Shown here in pieces: positions 1 through 8,291 of a stretch of 32,000 bases of DNA (position 1 is the stretch's first letter; each line of letters begins with the position of its first letter). The DNA is from Candidatus Kuenenia stuttgartensis. GTDB taxonomy: Bacteria > Planctomycetota > Brocadiia > Brocadiales > Brocadiaceae. The notes under the pieces are model-generated. The model had not been told where the DNA came from, searched no databases, and saw only the letters and a list, made by a program, of their open reading frames with translations. The stretch spans positions 990,001 through 1,022,000 of the forward strand of contig NZ_LT934425.1 of NCBI RefSeq assembly GCF_900232105.1, read 5' to 3'. Both the position numbers and the translations under genes were made by a program.

Positions 1-353
1 GTCCCAATCACCTTAAGTCCTAAAACTTTTGCCTGGAGTCTTGCAATCTTTTCGTCTATCAGCACATGCTGGATACCTTTTTCTTTTGCCAGGATGATAA
101 CTTCTGCCTCACCTTGCTCCAGTTCATACAACAATTTTATCTTCTCAATATCGTGAACTTTTTCAATTCTTACCCATTCGCAAGTTTCCAGTTCATAAAC
201 GCCAAAACTTTTTCTTCCACCAGCCATAATCTCTTCTTTGACATGCAGTGGGACACAAACGTCCGTATAAAGCTTTTCAAGTAACGGAATCTGACCACAT
301 ATTGAAAGGGCAATCCAAGGAGATGTATTGACCACGATTCCTTTATCTGTCAC
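1..353 (-). CDS. DUF3368-type PIN-domain protein (putative toxin), partial: C-terminus runs off the window
   Basis: Reverse-strand reading from GTG at 353 gives VTDKGIVVNTSPWIALSICG...EQGEAEVIILAKEKGIQHVLIDEKIARLQAKVLGLKVIG. It closely resembles the second module at 4359..4841 and overlaps the stop of the upstream UPF0175 ORF. Confidence 0.75.
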   Translation of the reverse strand, partial: MTDKGIVVNTSPWIALSICGQIPLLEKLYTDVCVPLHVKEEIMAGGRKSFGVYELETCEWVRIEKVHDIEKIKLLYELEQGEAEVIILAKEKGIQHVLIDEKIARLQAKVLGLKVIG

Positions 354-627
354 TTCTGGCTTCCTCTAGTATTTCTTCCAAATCCATCTGAAATGGAGAA
401 ACCTTGTATTTTTTTAATCTCATCAAAAACTCAACCCTGCTCAGACCAGCCATCTTTGCAGCCTTACCAGAAGATATTTTGCCAAGCTCATAAAGTTTTA
501 ATGCTAAAAGATATCTTGCTTCATCTTCGAACTCTTCTCTGGTTTCCTTAAGAGAGAGCAGGACATCATCTGAATATTTTATAGTAAGTACATTTTCTTT
601 CATTAATTTTATCTCCTCTTCCAACAA
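343..627 (-). CDS. UPF0175 family protein (putative antitoxin)
   Basis: 94-aa ORF with the pattern ALKLYELGKISSGKAAKMAGLSRVEFLMRLKKY, overlapping a PIN/DUF3368 gene. Confidence 0.85.
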   Translation of the reverse strand: MLEEEIKLMKENVLTIKYSDDVLLSLKETREEFEDEARYLLALKLYELGKISSGKAAKMAGLSRVEFLMRLKKYKVSPFQMDLEEILEEARSDR

Positions 628-857
628 GGTTTGTCAAGCAAATATTTGGGGTCAGACCTTGAATATAGAATACAAAATTCAGCCCGCATCTTTTTAAGTA
701 TTCTTTGTAATTATTTTTGCCACCAGATGAACACTGCTAAAAATTTCTTTATAACCTCTTATAAATATAGCCAAACAAATATGATTTTAGGAATTTGGCA
801 ATAAAATGGCTTTCTAAAAAACAGATTTATTTGACTAAGCATACTATACAACCCCCT

Positions 858-2904
858 TTCCGGAAAGATTTCAACAAAATCCTTATTTTAAGCGGGTTTC
901 CACAAATTCAAAATAATATGTAGTCGCAGAATAAATGGCCTATTTATTAATACAAATCCTTTATAACCCTATAAATACTGACTTGACAAAATATTTTATT
1001 AATGATAGTGTAGTCAAAGAATATTGGGACTACATTATGCACCTTACTTATAGCGATTCTAAATACAAAGGGAAAACCTATAAATCTTACTCTATTGCCG
1101 AATCCTACAGGGATGGCAAAAAGGTCAGAAAAAGAATACTTTGGCCCATCGGGAAACTTTCCGATATTCAAGCCGAGCAAATCAAACTGATATGTAAAAC
1201 AGTTGAAAACACAGATCAATTGCAGACTCAGCTCAAAGACGTTGCAGTCCTGGAAAGCAGGGCATATCTCGATATAGCCGTTGTTAATGAGTTGTGGAAC
1301 CAGTGGCAGCTTGATCAGGCTTTTGACTACGATGTCACTGCAGGCGCCCTTCCTACCAATATGATTGCAAAGATACTGACTATTAACAGGTGCACCGATC
1401 CGTGTTCTCATTATTCCATTCCTCATTGGGCGAAAAAGAGCGCGCTGGAGGACATTCTTAAAATTGATCTTTCAGGCCTAAATGACGATAAAATCTATTA
1501 TGAATTAGATAAAATACACAAAAACAAAATATCTATAGAGAACCACCTTTTTAACCAAACCTTCTGGAAACGTCCGGAATCCTATAAATTTATCAACTAC
1601 GACCTAACTACTTCCTACTTTGTGGGATATAACTGTGATCTATCGGCATTTGGCAAGGGCAAAATAGAGTGTCATGGCAGGCGGCAGGTCTTACTGGGTG
1701 TTCTTATCAACTCTGAGGGATATCCTTTCAAATGGGATGTATTCCCCGGGAACACCGCTGAGGTAAAAACCCTCAAACAGAATATCAATGCCTGTAAAAC
1801 CAGATTCAAATTGACTGATAAAAACGTCACCCTTGTATTTGACAGAGGCATAATCTCTGAGGACAATGCCAATTTGATAGAAGAAGCCAAACTCAAATAC
1901 ATCTCGGCATTGGATAGAAATCAGATACCCTCTTGCGGTGTCAGTTTAAAGTCTCTTAATGGGTTATCCATAGAAGATAAGGACGCCTCCGATATACCTA
2001 TCCCGCAAGGGTTTTTAAACTATGATGATGAATTATACTACCATGACAATGGCGTCATAGGAAACAAGCGTTTTATTACCGGTTTTAATCCCACTTTATT
2101 TATAGAAGACCGCAATAATAGAGACGAGAAAATAACCTTTTTTAAGGATTATCTCAAAGAAGAGAATAAAAACCTTAAAAATGCCCAAAGAGACCGGCAA
2201 TATGACGCAACAAAGAGCCGCATTGTAGATGAGCTGAAAAGGTTAAAGATTCATAAATATTTCGAAGACCCTGTTCTGACGTCCATCACCGTTACCCATA
2301 GACTGAAAAACGGGCAGGTCAAATCCGTCAAAAGTTTCAAAATAGAAATCAAGCTGTTAACTGATGTTATAGCCGCAGATAGATTGTTGGATGGCGTATG
2401 TGTTTTTATCACTAACCATACAGAACGGGAAGATGGAGGTGCGTTTAAAGCAAAACCCCAATCTATAGTTAGAGCCTATCGGGACAAGACAAAAATAGAA
2501 GATGTCTTTAAAAATGTAAAATCGTTCTTAAAAATCAGGCCCTTCTTTGTCAATACCGAGGCACATGTTAAAGCCGTCTATACTATCTGCATCCTGGCAT
2601 ATTTTATAAACCGTTATCTATCAAACCAACGAAAGGCAATAGGAGAAAAAGATTTTTTAAACTCAAAGGAACTCTATGCGCCGTTCAAAGATATAGATAT
2701 CGCCACTCTTGAGGCTAAAAATACCGGTGAAACCTTAAAGAAAGCCGTGAAACTTCCCGCCGTCACACAAATGCTATTGGAAAAACTTGGAATGTCCAAT
2801 GTTGTTTTCGGCCAGTAATTAAAAGACTTCCAAAAGACATGTAGTCGCAGAATCAATGTTTATAAGTGTTTGCCAAATTTGACTTTAGTAATTTCTTTCC
2901 GGAA
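858..2904 (+). mobile_element. IS1634-like insertion sequence (approximate limits; candidate termini TTCCGGAAAGA/TCTTTCCGGAA)
   Basis: Intact transposase ORF. Short inverted match at 858-868 and 2894-2904, but its core is itself palindromic, so the ends are uncertain. A 15-nt direct repeat ATGTAGTCGCAGAAT flanks the ORF at 918-932 and 2839-2853. Confidence 0.45.
1037..2818 (+). CDS. IS1634/IS4-like DDE transposase (ORF track starts at 935; start probably 1037)
   Basis: Protein from MHLTYSDSKYKGKTYKSYSIAESYRDGKKVRKRILWPIGKL through YDLTTSYF, GVLINSEGYPFKWDVFPGNTAEVKTL, VFDRGI and KTKIEDVFKNVKSFLKIRPFFV, typical of this DDE group. Confidence 0.85.
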   Translation: MHLTYSDSKYKGKTYKSYSIAESYRDGKKVRKRILWPIGKLSDIQAEQIKLICKTVENTDQLQTQLKDVAVLESRAYLDIAVVNELWNQWQLDQAFDYDVTAGALPTNMIAKILTINRCTDPCSHYSIPHWAKKSALEDILKIDLSGLNDDKIYYELDKIHKNKISIENHLFNQTFWKRPESYKFINYDLTTSYFVGYNCDLSAFGKGKIECHGRRQVLLGVLINSEGYPFKWDVFPGNTAEVKTLKQNINACKTRFKLTDKNVTLVFDRGIISEDNANLIEEAKLKYISALDRNQIPSCGVSLKSLNGLSIEDKDASDIPIPQGFLNYDDELYYHDNGVIGNKRFITGFNPTLFIEDRNNRDEKITFFKDYLKEENKNLKNAQRDRQYDATKSRIVDELKRLKIHKYFEDPVLTSITVTHRLKNGQVKSVKSFKIEIKLLTDVIAADRLLDGVCVFITNHTEREDGGAFKAKPQSIVRAYRDKTKIEDVFKNVKSFLKIRPFFVNTEAHVKAVYTICILAYFINRYLSNQRKAIGEKDFLNSKELYAPFKDIDIATLEAKNTGETLKKAVKLPAVTQMLLEKLGMSNVVFGQ

Positions 2905-3078
2905 CATGGGATACAAGCACGCCCCTTAATTCCCTCTTTATAGAAGGGACGGGAGGTGTAAATTTTTCGAAAACCTTATTTGTTTGACTATAACTACAGA
3001 TGAACTCTGAGAAACACGGTTAAAGAGGTTAATAATATTGATCCGTGTTCATCCGTGTGAATTCGTGGTTAAGTTTTA

Positions 3079-3135
3079 GTACACTAATCTTTTCCATTCG
3101 AGCTTCGGTTTGCCAAAATTTACTATAATACCTTT
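3079..3135 (-). pseudogene. 3'-end remnant of a GxxExxY-family gene
   Basis: Reverse strand encodes GIIVNFGKPKLEWKRLVY*, nearly identical to the C-terminus of the intact gene at 3456..3824, without any upstream coding body. Confidence 0.7.
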
Positions 3136-3455
3136 GTTAACCACGGATGAACACTGATGAACACTGATAAAAATTTCTTTATAACCTCTTATAAATAACT
3201 ACAGATGAACTCTGAGAAACTCGGTTAAAGAGGTTGATAATATTGATCCGTGTTCATCCGTACTACAATCCATCAACTTCTTGTTTTTTATGCTCGTTTT
3301 TCAAGCTGCACAAACGTAAGGCATTAATTAAATGATGCCTACGTAAAGTTTGGAGTATTGAGTTTTTGTCATTTGAAATTGTTTTGTATTTAGATATTCG
3401 TATTTCGAATTTGGTTGCGGCCAAAGGCCGCGCCAAGTGAATTCGTGGTTAAATT

Positions 3456-3824
3456 TTAGTACACTAATCTTTTCCATTCGAGCTTCGGGTTGCCAAAATT
3501 TACTATAATACCTATTTTTATCCCTGTTGCTTTCAAGTAGTTTATTAGTTGTGCTTCATGTTGGGGGCTTAGTTCTTTGACTGCTTTTAATTCAATAATA
3601 ACTCTGTCCTCAACGAGGATATCTGTATAAAAATCTCCAACTACTTTGCCTCTAAATAATACCTTGAGTGGCGCCTGCGCTTTTGCATCTATCTTCTTGT
3701 CAAAAAGGGCAATAGTTAATGCTTTTTCATATACACTTTCAAGAAAACCTGTTCCGAGCTCATTTGAAACCTCAAAACATGCACCAATAATTTTCTCAGT
3801 TAAATCTTTTTCTAATAATTCCAT
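3456..3824 (-). CDS. GxxExxY family protein
   Basis: 122 aa with LTEKIIGACFEVSNELGTGFLESVYEKAL...IIELKAVKELSPQHEAQLINYLKATG...GIIVNFGNPKLEWKRLVY. Confidence 0.9.
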   Translation of the reverse strand: MELLEKDLTEKIIGACFEVSNELGTGFLESVYEKALTIALFDKKIDAKAQAPLKVLFRGKVVGDFYTDILVEDRVIIELKAVKELSPQHEAQLINYLKATGIKIGIIVNFGNPKLEWKRLVY

Positions 3825-4036
3825 GTCAGTTTAACTCCTTATGTTAACCACGGATGAACACTGATGAACACTGATAAAAATTTCTTTATAACCTCTTATA
3901 AATAACTACGGATGTACAGTAGAGTAGAAACCAGACGACAAGAACTTAGGCAGAAGTTTGTTTTCTCTGTTTGCTGGCTGGTTTCCCGCCAGTGCCACCA
4001 TATCTCCGCCATATACTTATCATCTGCCCCCCTCGT

Positions 4037-4071
4037 CAAACCGTGCATGCGATTTTCCCGCACACGGCTTT
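4037..4071 (-). ncRNA. Group II intron domain V-like hairpin (remnant)
   Basis: Reverse strand AAAGCCGTGTGCGGGAAAATCGCATGCACGGTTTG: AGC triad, GAAA loop and a ~34-nt hairpin with bulge, just downstream of a decayed intron RT frame. Confidence 0.65.
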
Positions 4072-4086
4072 CCGACAGTCTTCTTC

Positions 4087-4319
4087 TTAAGCTTTCACAG
4101 GTTGTCTGACAGAAACATATTTTGTCGGGTCTATTAGCCCATATCTATTGACTAATTCCTTAAACGCTCCTCGATTATAGAGCTTGCTCCTGCGCTGACT
4201 TTTCCTCTTATAATATCTCGTCAATCTCCTGAAAAGATAATATCGTAGGTCTCTTCTTCCTGTTTGGCTTTTCGATATAGTTTACGCTGAAAGTCTCGGA
4301 CTCTTTCCTCATCGCTCAT
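4087..4319 (-). pseudogene. Group II intron reverse transcriptase/maturase remnant (N-terminus joined to C-terminus; core deleted; frameshifted)
   Basis: MSDEERVRDFQRKLYRKAKQEEET (RT N-terminus-like), then in another frame FRRLTRYYKRKSQRRSKLYNRGAFKELVNRYGLIDPTKYVSVRQPVKA* (maturase C-terminus-like). Confidence 0.65.
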
Positions 4320-4358
4320 TTGCGATTTCGGTATTGATAGACTGAGAAACTCCAAGCT

Positions 4359-4841
4359 TTATCTTTTTTCTTTCCCCAGTAAAAGCGCATTATCATAAAG
4401 ATATTCGCTTATATAGATTCCCTCAGTTAACAGCTTATCAAGAGAATGCTTTAATTGCAGAATCTTTCCCTGCTTCTTTGCATCTAACAAAATTCCTATG
4501 GTGCCGGTGACATTGAGTCCATTCAATTTAGCGACCTTCCTGGCTTTATCCTCGTCTATAATAACAAGGCCGATATCCTTTTCTTGAGCCAGGACGATTA
4601 CCTCTGCCTCTCCTTCATCAATGATTAACCCAAGTGCTGTCTTTGCTTTAATGTCTAAAACATCCGCCTTCCTGTTTTCCCCCCATTTTTCAATGACAGA
4701 AGCCTTTCGTTTCCCTTTCCTCGTTGTCTCTTTAAAAACGGCGTTAGGGATATATATTTCTTCAAAAAGTTCATCCAGCAAAGACAATCTGTCAATAATA
4801 GCCAGGGAGATGAGTGGTGTGGAATTGATTACCGCCTTCAT
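4359..4841 (-). CDS. DUF3368-type PIN-domain protein (putative toxin)
   Basis: MKAVINSTPLISLAIIDRLSLLDELFEEIYIPNAVFKE...EGEAEVIVLAQEKDIGLVIIDEDKARKVAKLNGLNVTGTIGILL. Confidence 0.85.
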   Translation of the reverse strand: MKAVINSTPLISLAIIDRLSLLDELFEEIYIPNAVFKETTRKGKRKASVIEKWGENRKADVLDIKAKTALGLIIDEGEAEVIVLAQEKDIGLVIIDEDKARKVAKLNGLNVTGTIGILLDAKKQGKILQLKHSLDKLLTEGIYISEYLYDNALLLGKEKR

Positions 4842-5119
4842 CTTAAGGCTTCCCTTGCCTTTTGGATACTGCGTAAGTCCTCTTCCAGTTCTTCCGGTGG
4901 GTAGTTATACACAGATATCTTGTTATTGGATAACAATTCCATGAAATCTAATTTGCTCATCTCTGCCAATTCAGCAGCCTTTCCCAAGGATAGTTTACCT
5001 ATTTCAAAGAACTTGATGGCAGCAAATATTTTCACATCTTTAAGGAACTCTGCCGGCTTTTCATTTAGAGCCAGTAATATATCTTCAGCAACGGACAGTT
5101 CCATCTTTTTTACCAACAT
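4838..5119 (-). CDS. UPF0175 family protein (putative antitoxin)
   Basis: FFEIGKLSLGKAAELAEMSKLDFMELLSNNKISVYNYPPEELEEDL; ORF overlaps the PIN gene start by 4 nt. Confidence 0.85.
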   Translation of the reverse strand: MLVKKMELSVAEDILLALNEKPAEFLKDVKIFAAIKFFEIGKLSLGKAAELAEMSKLDFMELLSNNKISVYNYPPEELEEDLRSIQKAREALR

Positions 5120-5234
5120 TTCGGCATCTCCTTATGAAAAATAGAAAAAATAGGTCCAACTCAGCCTCGTCGGGATAAGTATCCTTGAGAACTTCTATCT
5201 TATGCAATAACTCCATTGTCAATCCCTCCTTCTG

Positions 5235-5453
5235 AAAAGTATTTGGGCTCAGACCTTGAATATAGAATACAAAATTCAGCCCGCATCTTTTTAAGTATTC
5301 TTTGTAATTATTTTTGCCACTAATGGACTAAGACACAAACGGGTAAATTCCAAATAACAAATCCCAAAAATCAAATAACAGACAACATCCAATTTAGTAA
5401 TTACTGCACAACAAAGCCTGCCCTCATGGAAATAGTGTACGCAAAGAAAAGCA
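5235..5453. repeat. 219-bp non-coding repeat upstream of a toxin-antitoxin module (copy A)
   Basis: Near-identical (about 5 mismatches by eye) to 6868..7086. Its first ~80 nt also match 642..723. Confidence 0.9.
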
Positions 5454-5642
5454 GATCATAAACATATTTTAGCCGTGAATAAAAGATAGACAGGATCAGC
5501 CCTTGTAACTATTTAGCGTAAACATTACACGACTCCCCGCAGGTTCAGGTTTGTAACCCAATGTCATTAAGTTAAGCAACCTGCCAGAAAAGTCCCCCTT
5601 AATAAAGGAGGAAAAAGGGGGTTGTTTTTAATAAAATAATTC

Positions 5643-5890
5643 TTAACACCTTAGTTATTTGAAAAATCCAAGGGGATATAAAAAACAATGTAGCCCCTTT
5701 AGGGGCGGTCTGTTTGTAGCGCAATAAAATTCAACAGGTAAATAGCTCCATAGGAGCGGCCTGTATATGCTTGACAGGAAGACAGGCCGCTCCTGACGGA
5801 GCTAATATCTGTTATGGTATCCTATCTACTACAAACAGGTTGCTCCTACGGAGCTTATCGGTAATACGTTTTTTTTAAACCAAAGTGTTA
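5643..5890. repeat. MITE-like palindromic element (long-interior type)
   Basis: Ends TAACACCTTAGTTATTTGAAAAAT...TTTTTTTAAACCAAAGTGTTA; interior 'tgtagcccc..ggggcggtctgtttgtagc..ataaaattcaa' shared with 9761..10051. Confidence 0.65.
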
Positions 5891-6332
5891 CAATAATTCT
5901 TAACTTAATGACATTGGTTTGTAACCTGAACCTATGAGTTTATGCGTATAATGGGGCCATGTACTGCGGTAAAATTCCAATGCCCAAATCACAAAATCCC
6001 TGTTTGGAACCTGGAATTTATTTGTCATTTGTTCTGCTAATAGAAGGCTGAATTGAAAGTATAAAACGTTTGGTTCAGGTTACAAACCTGAACCCGCGAA
6101 TGTAGTTTCCATTGCCATTACGTTCCCAAACAGATACTTCACTATGTTCAGTACAAGGTTTGAGAACGAGTTGTGCTTCGGTAGTTTAATAGATTACGCT
6201 GAATAGTTACCAGCCCTTTATAATTCAAATGCCTAATACGAGAAACAACCCTGACAGGGATTTAAACCCTGTCAGGGTTAATACATTTTCAGGTTAAGGT
6301 TAATAAGTTAAAGATAAATAGAGCATATATAT

Positions 6333-6545
6333 TTACACAGAGACAGACATTTTCTCAGTTTTTTCGTCTACAGCACGAATAATCTGTTGGATTGTATCTG
6401 CTTCTGCCTCATCAAAGTATACTTCGCCACATTGCGCGCACACCCAGGCAGGAATAGTATCCAACATCAGATGATAGCTTTTACGATCAATGTGGAAAGG
6501 TGCAGTTCCCCGCTCCATTTCACCTTGACAATACATACATTTCAT
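6333..6545 (-). CDS. YgiT-type zinc finger protein (MqsA-like, putative antitoxin)
   Basis: MKCMYCQGEMERG...AWVCAQCGEVYFDEAEADTIQQII: paired CxxC motifs and YgiT-type context. Confidence 0.85.
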   Translation of the reverse strand: MKCMYCQGEMERGTAPFHIDRKSYHLMLDTIPAWVCAQCGEVYFDEAEADTIQQIIRAVDEKTEKMSVSV

Positions 6546-6796
6546 TATAGTTTCCTCCTTTTAAAATTCTCTTCCCATTCCTGCTCGCTTAGAAGGTAAG
6601 CAGTAATAACGGCCGGATATTCTGTTTTCGGTGAACAGACAACATGTATTGGACGATTGCTTTCTCCCTGACCAGGAATAAGACAACTATGGCCACGAAC
6701 ATCTTCCGGATAATCTTCTACCAGTTCTCCATTTCCGATAGCAAGGCAAACTTCAGCCATGCTTATCATTCTATCAGGACGTGACATTTGTCTCAC
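6545..6796 (-). CDS. DUF4258 domain protein (putative toxin), possibly 5'-truncated
   Basis: SRPDRMISMAEVCLAIGNGELVEDYPEDVRGHSCLIPGQGESNRPIHVVC. It directly abuts the zinc-finger gene. The start is a GTG, and the frame stays open upstream to a stop at 6866-6868. Confidence 0.75.
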   Translation of the reverse strand: MRQMSRPDRMISMAEVCLAIGNGELVEDYPEDVRGHSCLIPGQGESNRPIHVVCSPKTEYPAVITAYLLSEQEWEENFKRRKL

Positions 6797-6867
6797 AGCA
6801 TGAGGAAGAACTAAAATCCTCTTTTCTGCACTTTGCCTGCAAGACTCAGAATATTCATAAATATATT

Positions 6868-7086
6868 AAAAGTATTTGGGCTCAGACCTTGAATATAGAA
6901 AACAAAATTCAGCCCACATCTTTTTAAGTATTCTTTGTAATTATTTTTGCCACGAAGGGACTAAGACACAAACGGGTAAATTCCAAATAACAAATCCCAA
7001 AAATCAAATAACAGACAACATCCAATTTAGTAATTACTGCACAACAAAGCCTGCCTTCATGGAAATAGTGTACGCAAAGAAAAGCA
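6868..7086. repeat. 219-bp non-coding repeat upstream of a toxin-antitoxin module (copy B)
   Basis: Same length and nearly the same sequence as 5235..5453. Confidence 0.9.
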
Positions 7087-7211
7087 AATTAAAAACATAT
7101 TTAGCCACAAATTAAATCCGTACGATAACCTTCGGTTCCCTACAGGGCAGGCACGGATAAACACAGATAAAAAAACGAATCCCAATTTCTCCAGGATATA
7201 TTTAACTTCGG

Positions 7212-7655
7212 CTACTTTTTTAACGGATTAAAAACCCTGGCGCCAATATACTCTGCAACCTTGCAAAGGTTTTCATCCGCAGAGACAAAAAGCCAGGCAC
7301 TTTCAGAAACCAAACTAAAACATCCGAGATGTAATGCGTCCAATGTTCTAAGCCCATGTTCCTTGCCGTGTCTTTTTAACAAGTCTTCTGCCTCTTGAAC
7401 AATTGCATGACTTAAGGGTTCGATGTTGAAACGAGTGAGTTCTGCTTCAAATCCGTCAATTGCTTCAGCTAACGACTTTTCATTTATTTCTTTACCTCTA
7501 AACCTTCTATGTAAAACACTGATAAACTCTAGTGTTGCCAATTCCAAAATCCAGGGTTCGTTCTCTTGCGAATTTAACAGGTCGGTAATCGCTTCCGTGC
7601 CCTCTTCATTATGGAAGAATTTTGCAAGCGCCGAGGTATCAAAGAATAGAATCAT
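7212..7655 (-). CDS. PIN-domain ribonuclease, VapC-like toxin
   Basis: MILFFDTSALAKFFHNEEG...ELATLEFISVLHRRF...LRTLDALHLGCFSL...LFVSADENLCKVAEYIG. Confidence 0.88.
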   Translation of the reverse strand: MILFFDTSALAKFFHNEEGTEAITDLLNSQENEPWILELATLEFISVLHRRFRGKEINEKSLAEAIDGFEAELTRFNIEPLSHAIVQEAEDLLKRHGKEHGLRTLDALHLGCFSLVSESAWLFVSADENLCKVAEYIGARVFNPLKK

Positions 7656-7867
7656 ATCCTATCTTCTCTCTGTAATTTTATATCCTCACTCAACGACCCT
7701 TTACATTGCTTTAAAGCCTTCCTAACCCTCAGATAGGCTGGTTCCCCCTCTCGGCTCTCACGTTTTCTATCCCTCGCTTTCAAGGAAAGTATCATTTCAT
7801 ACACTGTTATCAATTCAGAAGGGCTCAATGTTTCAAGTTCTTTTATTGTCTGTTCTTTTATTTTCAT
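7652..7867 (-). CDS. Antitoxin of the VapC-like module (small VapB-position protein)
   Basis: 71-aa ORF overlapping the PIN gene start by 4 nt; charged, short, typical antitoxin position. Confidence 0.7.
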   Translation of the reverse strand: MKIKEQTIKELETLSPSELITVYEMILSLKARDRKRESREGEPAYLRVRKALKQCKGSLSEDIKLQREDRI

Positions 7868-8291
7868 TTAAATACCTCCCAACAAATAATGGTATTGCCG
7901 TGTTCATGGCATGGGGTCATGGGGTCAAGTCTTGTTTCTTGATTCTGCCGAAAAAGTCGTCTGCCAAAGAGGATGCCAGGAATTTTCTATCCAGAATGCC
8001 CCACAATCGACTTTCTCCGTTCTATGTAATGGTATCAAACCTTCATTATTTAATTATCATCCTCTTCAATTTCTGGCTAATTATTTTTGCCACGAAGGCA
8101 CTAAGACACAAATAGCATTCTTACCACAGATACAGGCAAATACCAAATCTCAAACAACAAATTTCAAATAATATACAAAATCCAATTTTAATAATACAAG
8201 TTTTATTATTTTGACTTGCCAAAGTTATTTTTACTCAATATCTTTTATCAGTGCTTATTTGTATATCTGTAGCTACATAATTGTTACTCTT

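Noticed and set aside
935-1036. First 34 residues of the transposase ORF as annotated
   Set aside because: MAYLLIQILYNP... precedes the conserved start-like segment MHLTYSDSKYKG; the ATG at 1037 is more plausible.
3912-4109. 65-aa plus-strand ORF
   Set aside because: Overlaps the group II intron domain V on the other strand and has no coding features of its own.
1-7867. Prophage or classical anti-phage defence island
   Set aside because: Only TA modules, one IS and an intron remnant are visible; no phage structural, integrase or recognised defence effector genes are in the window.
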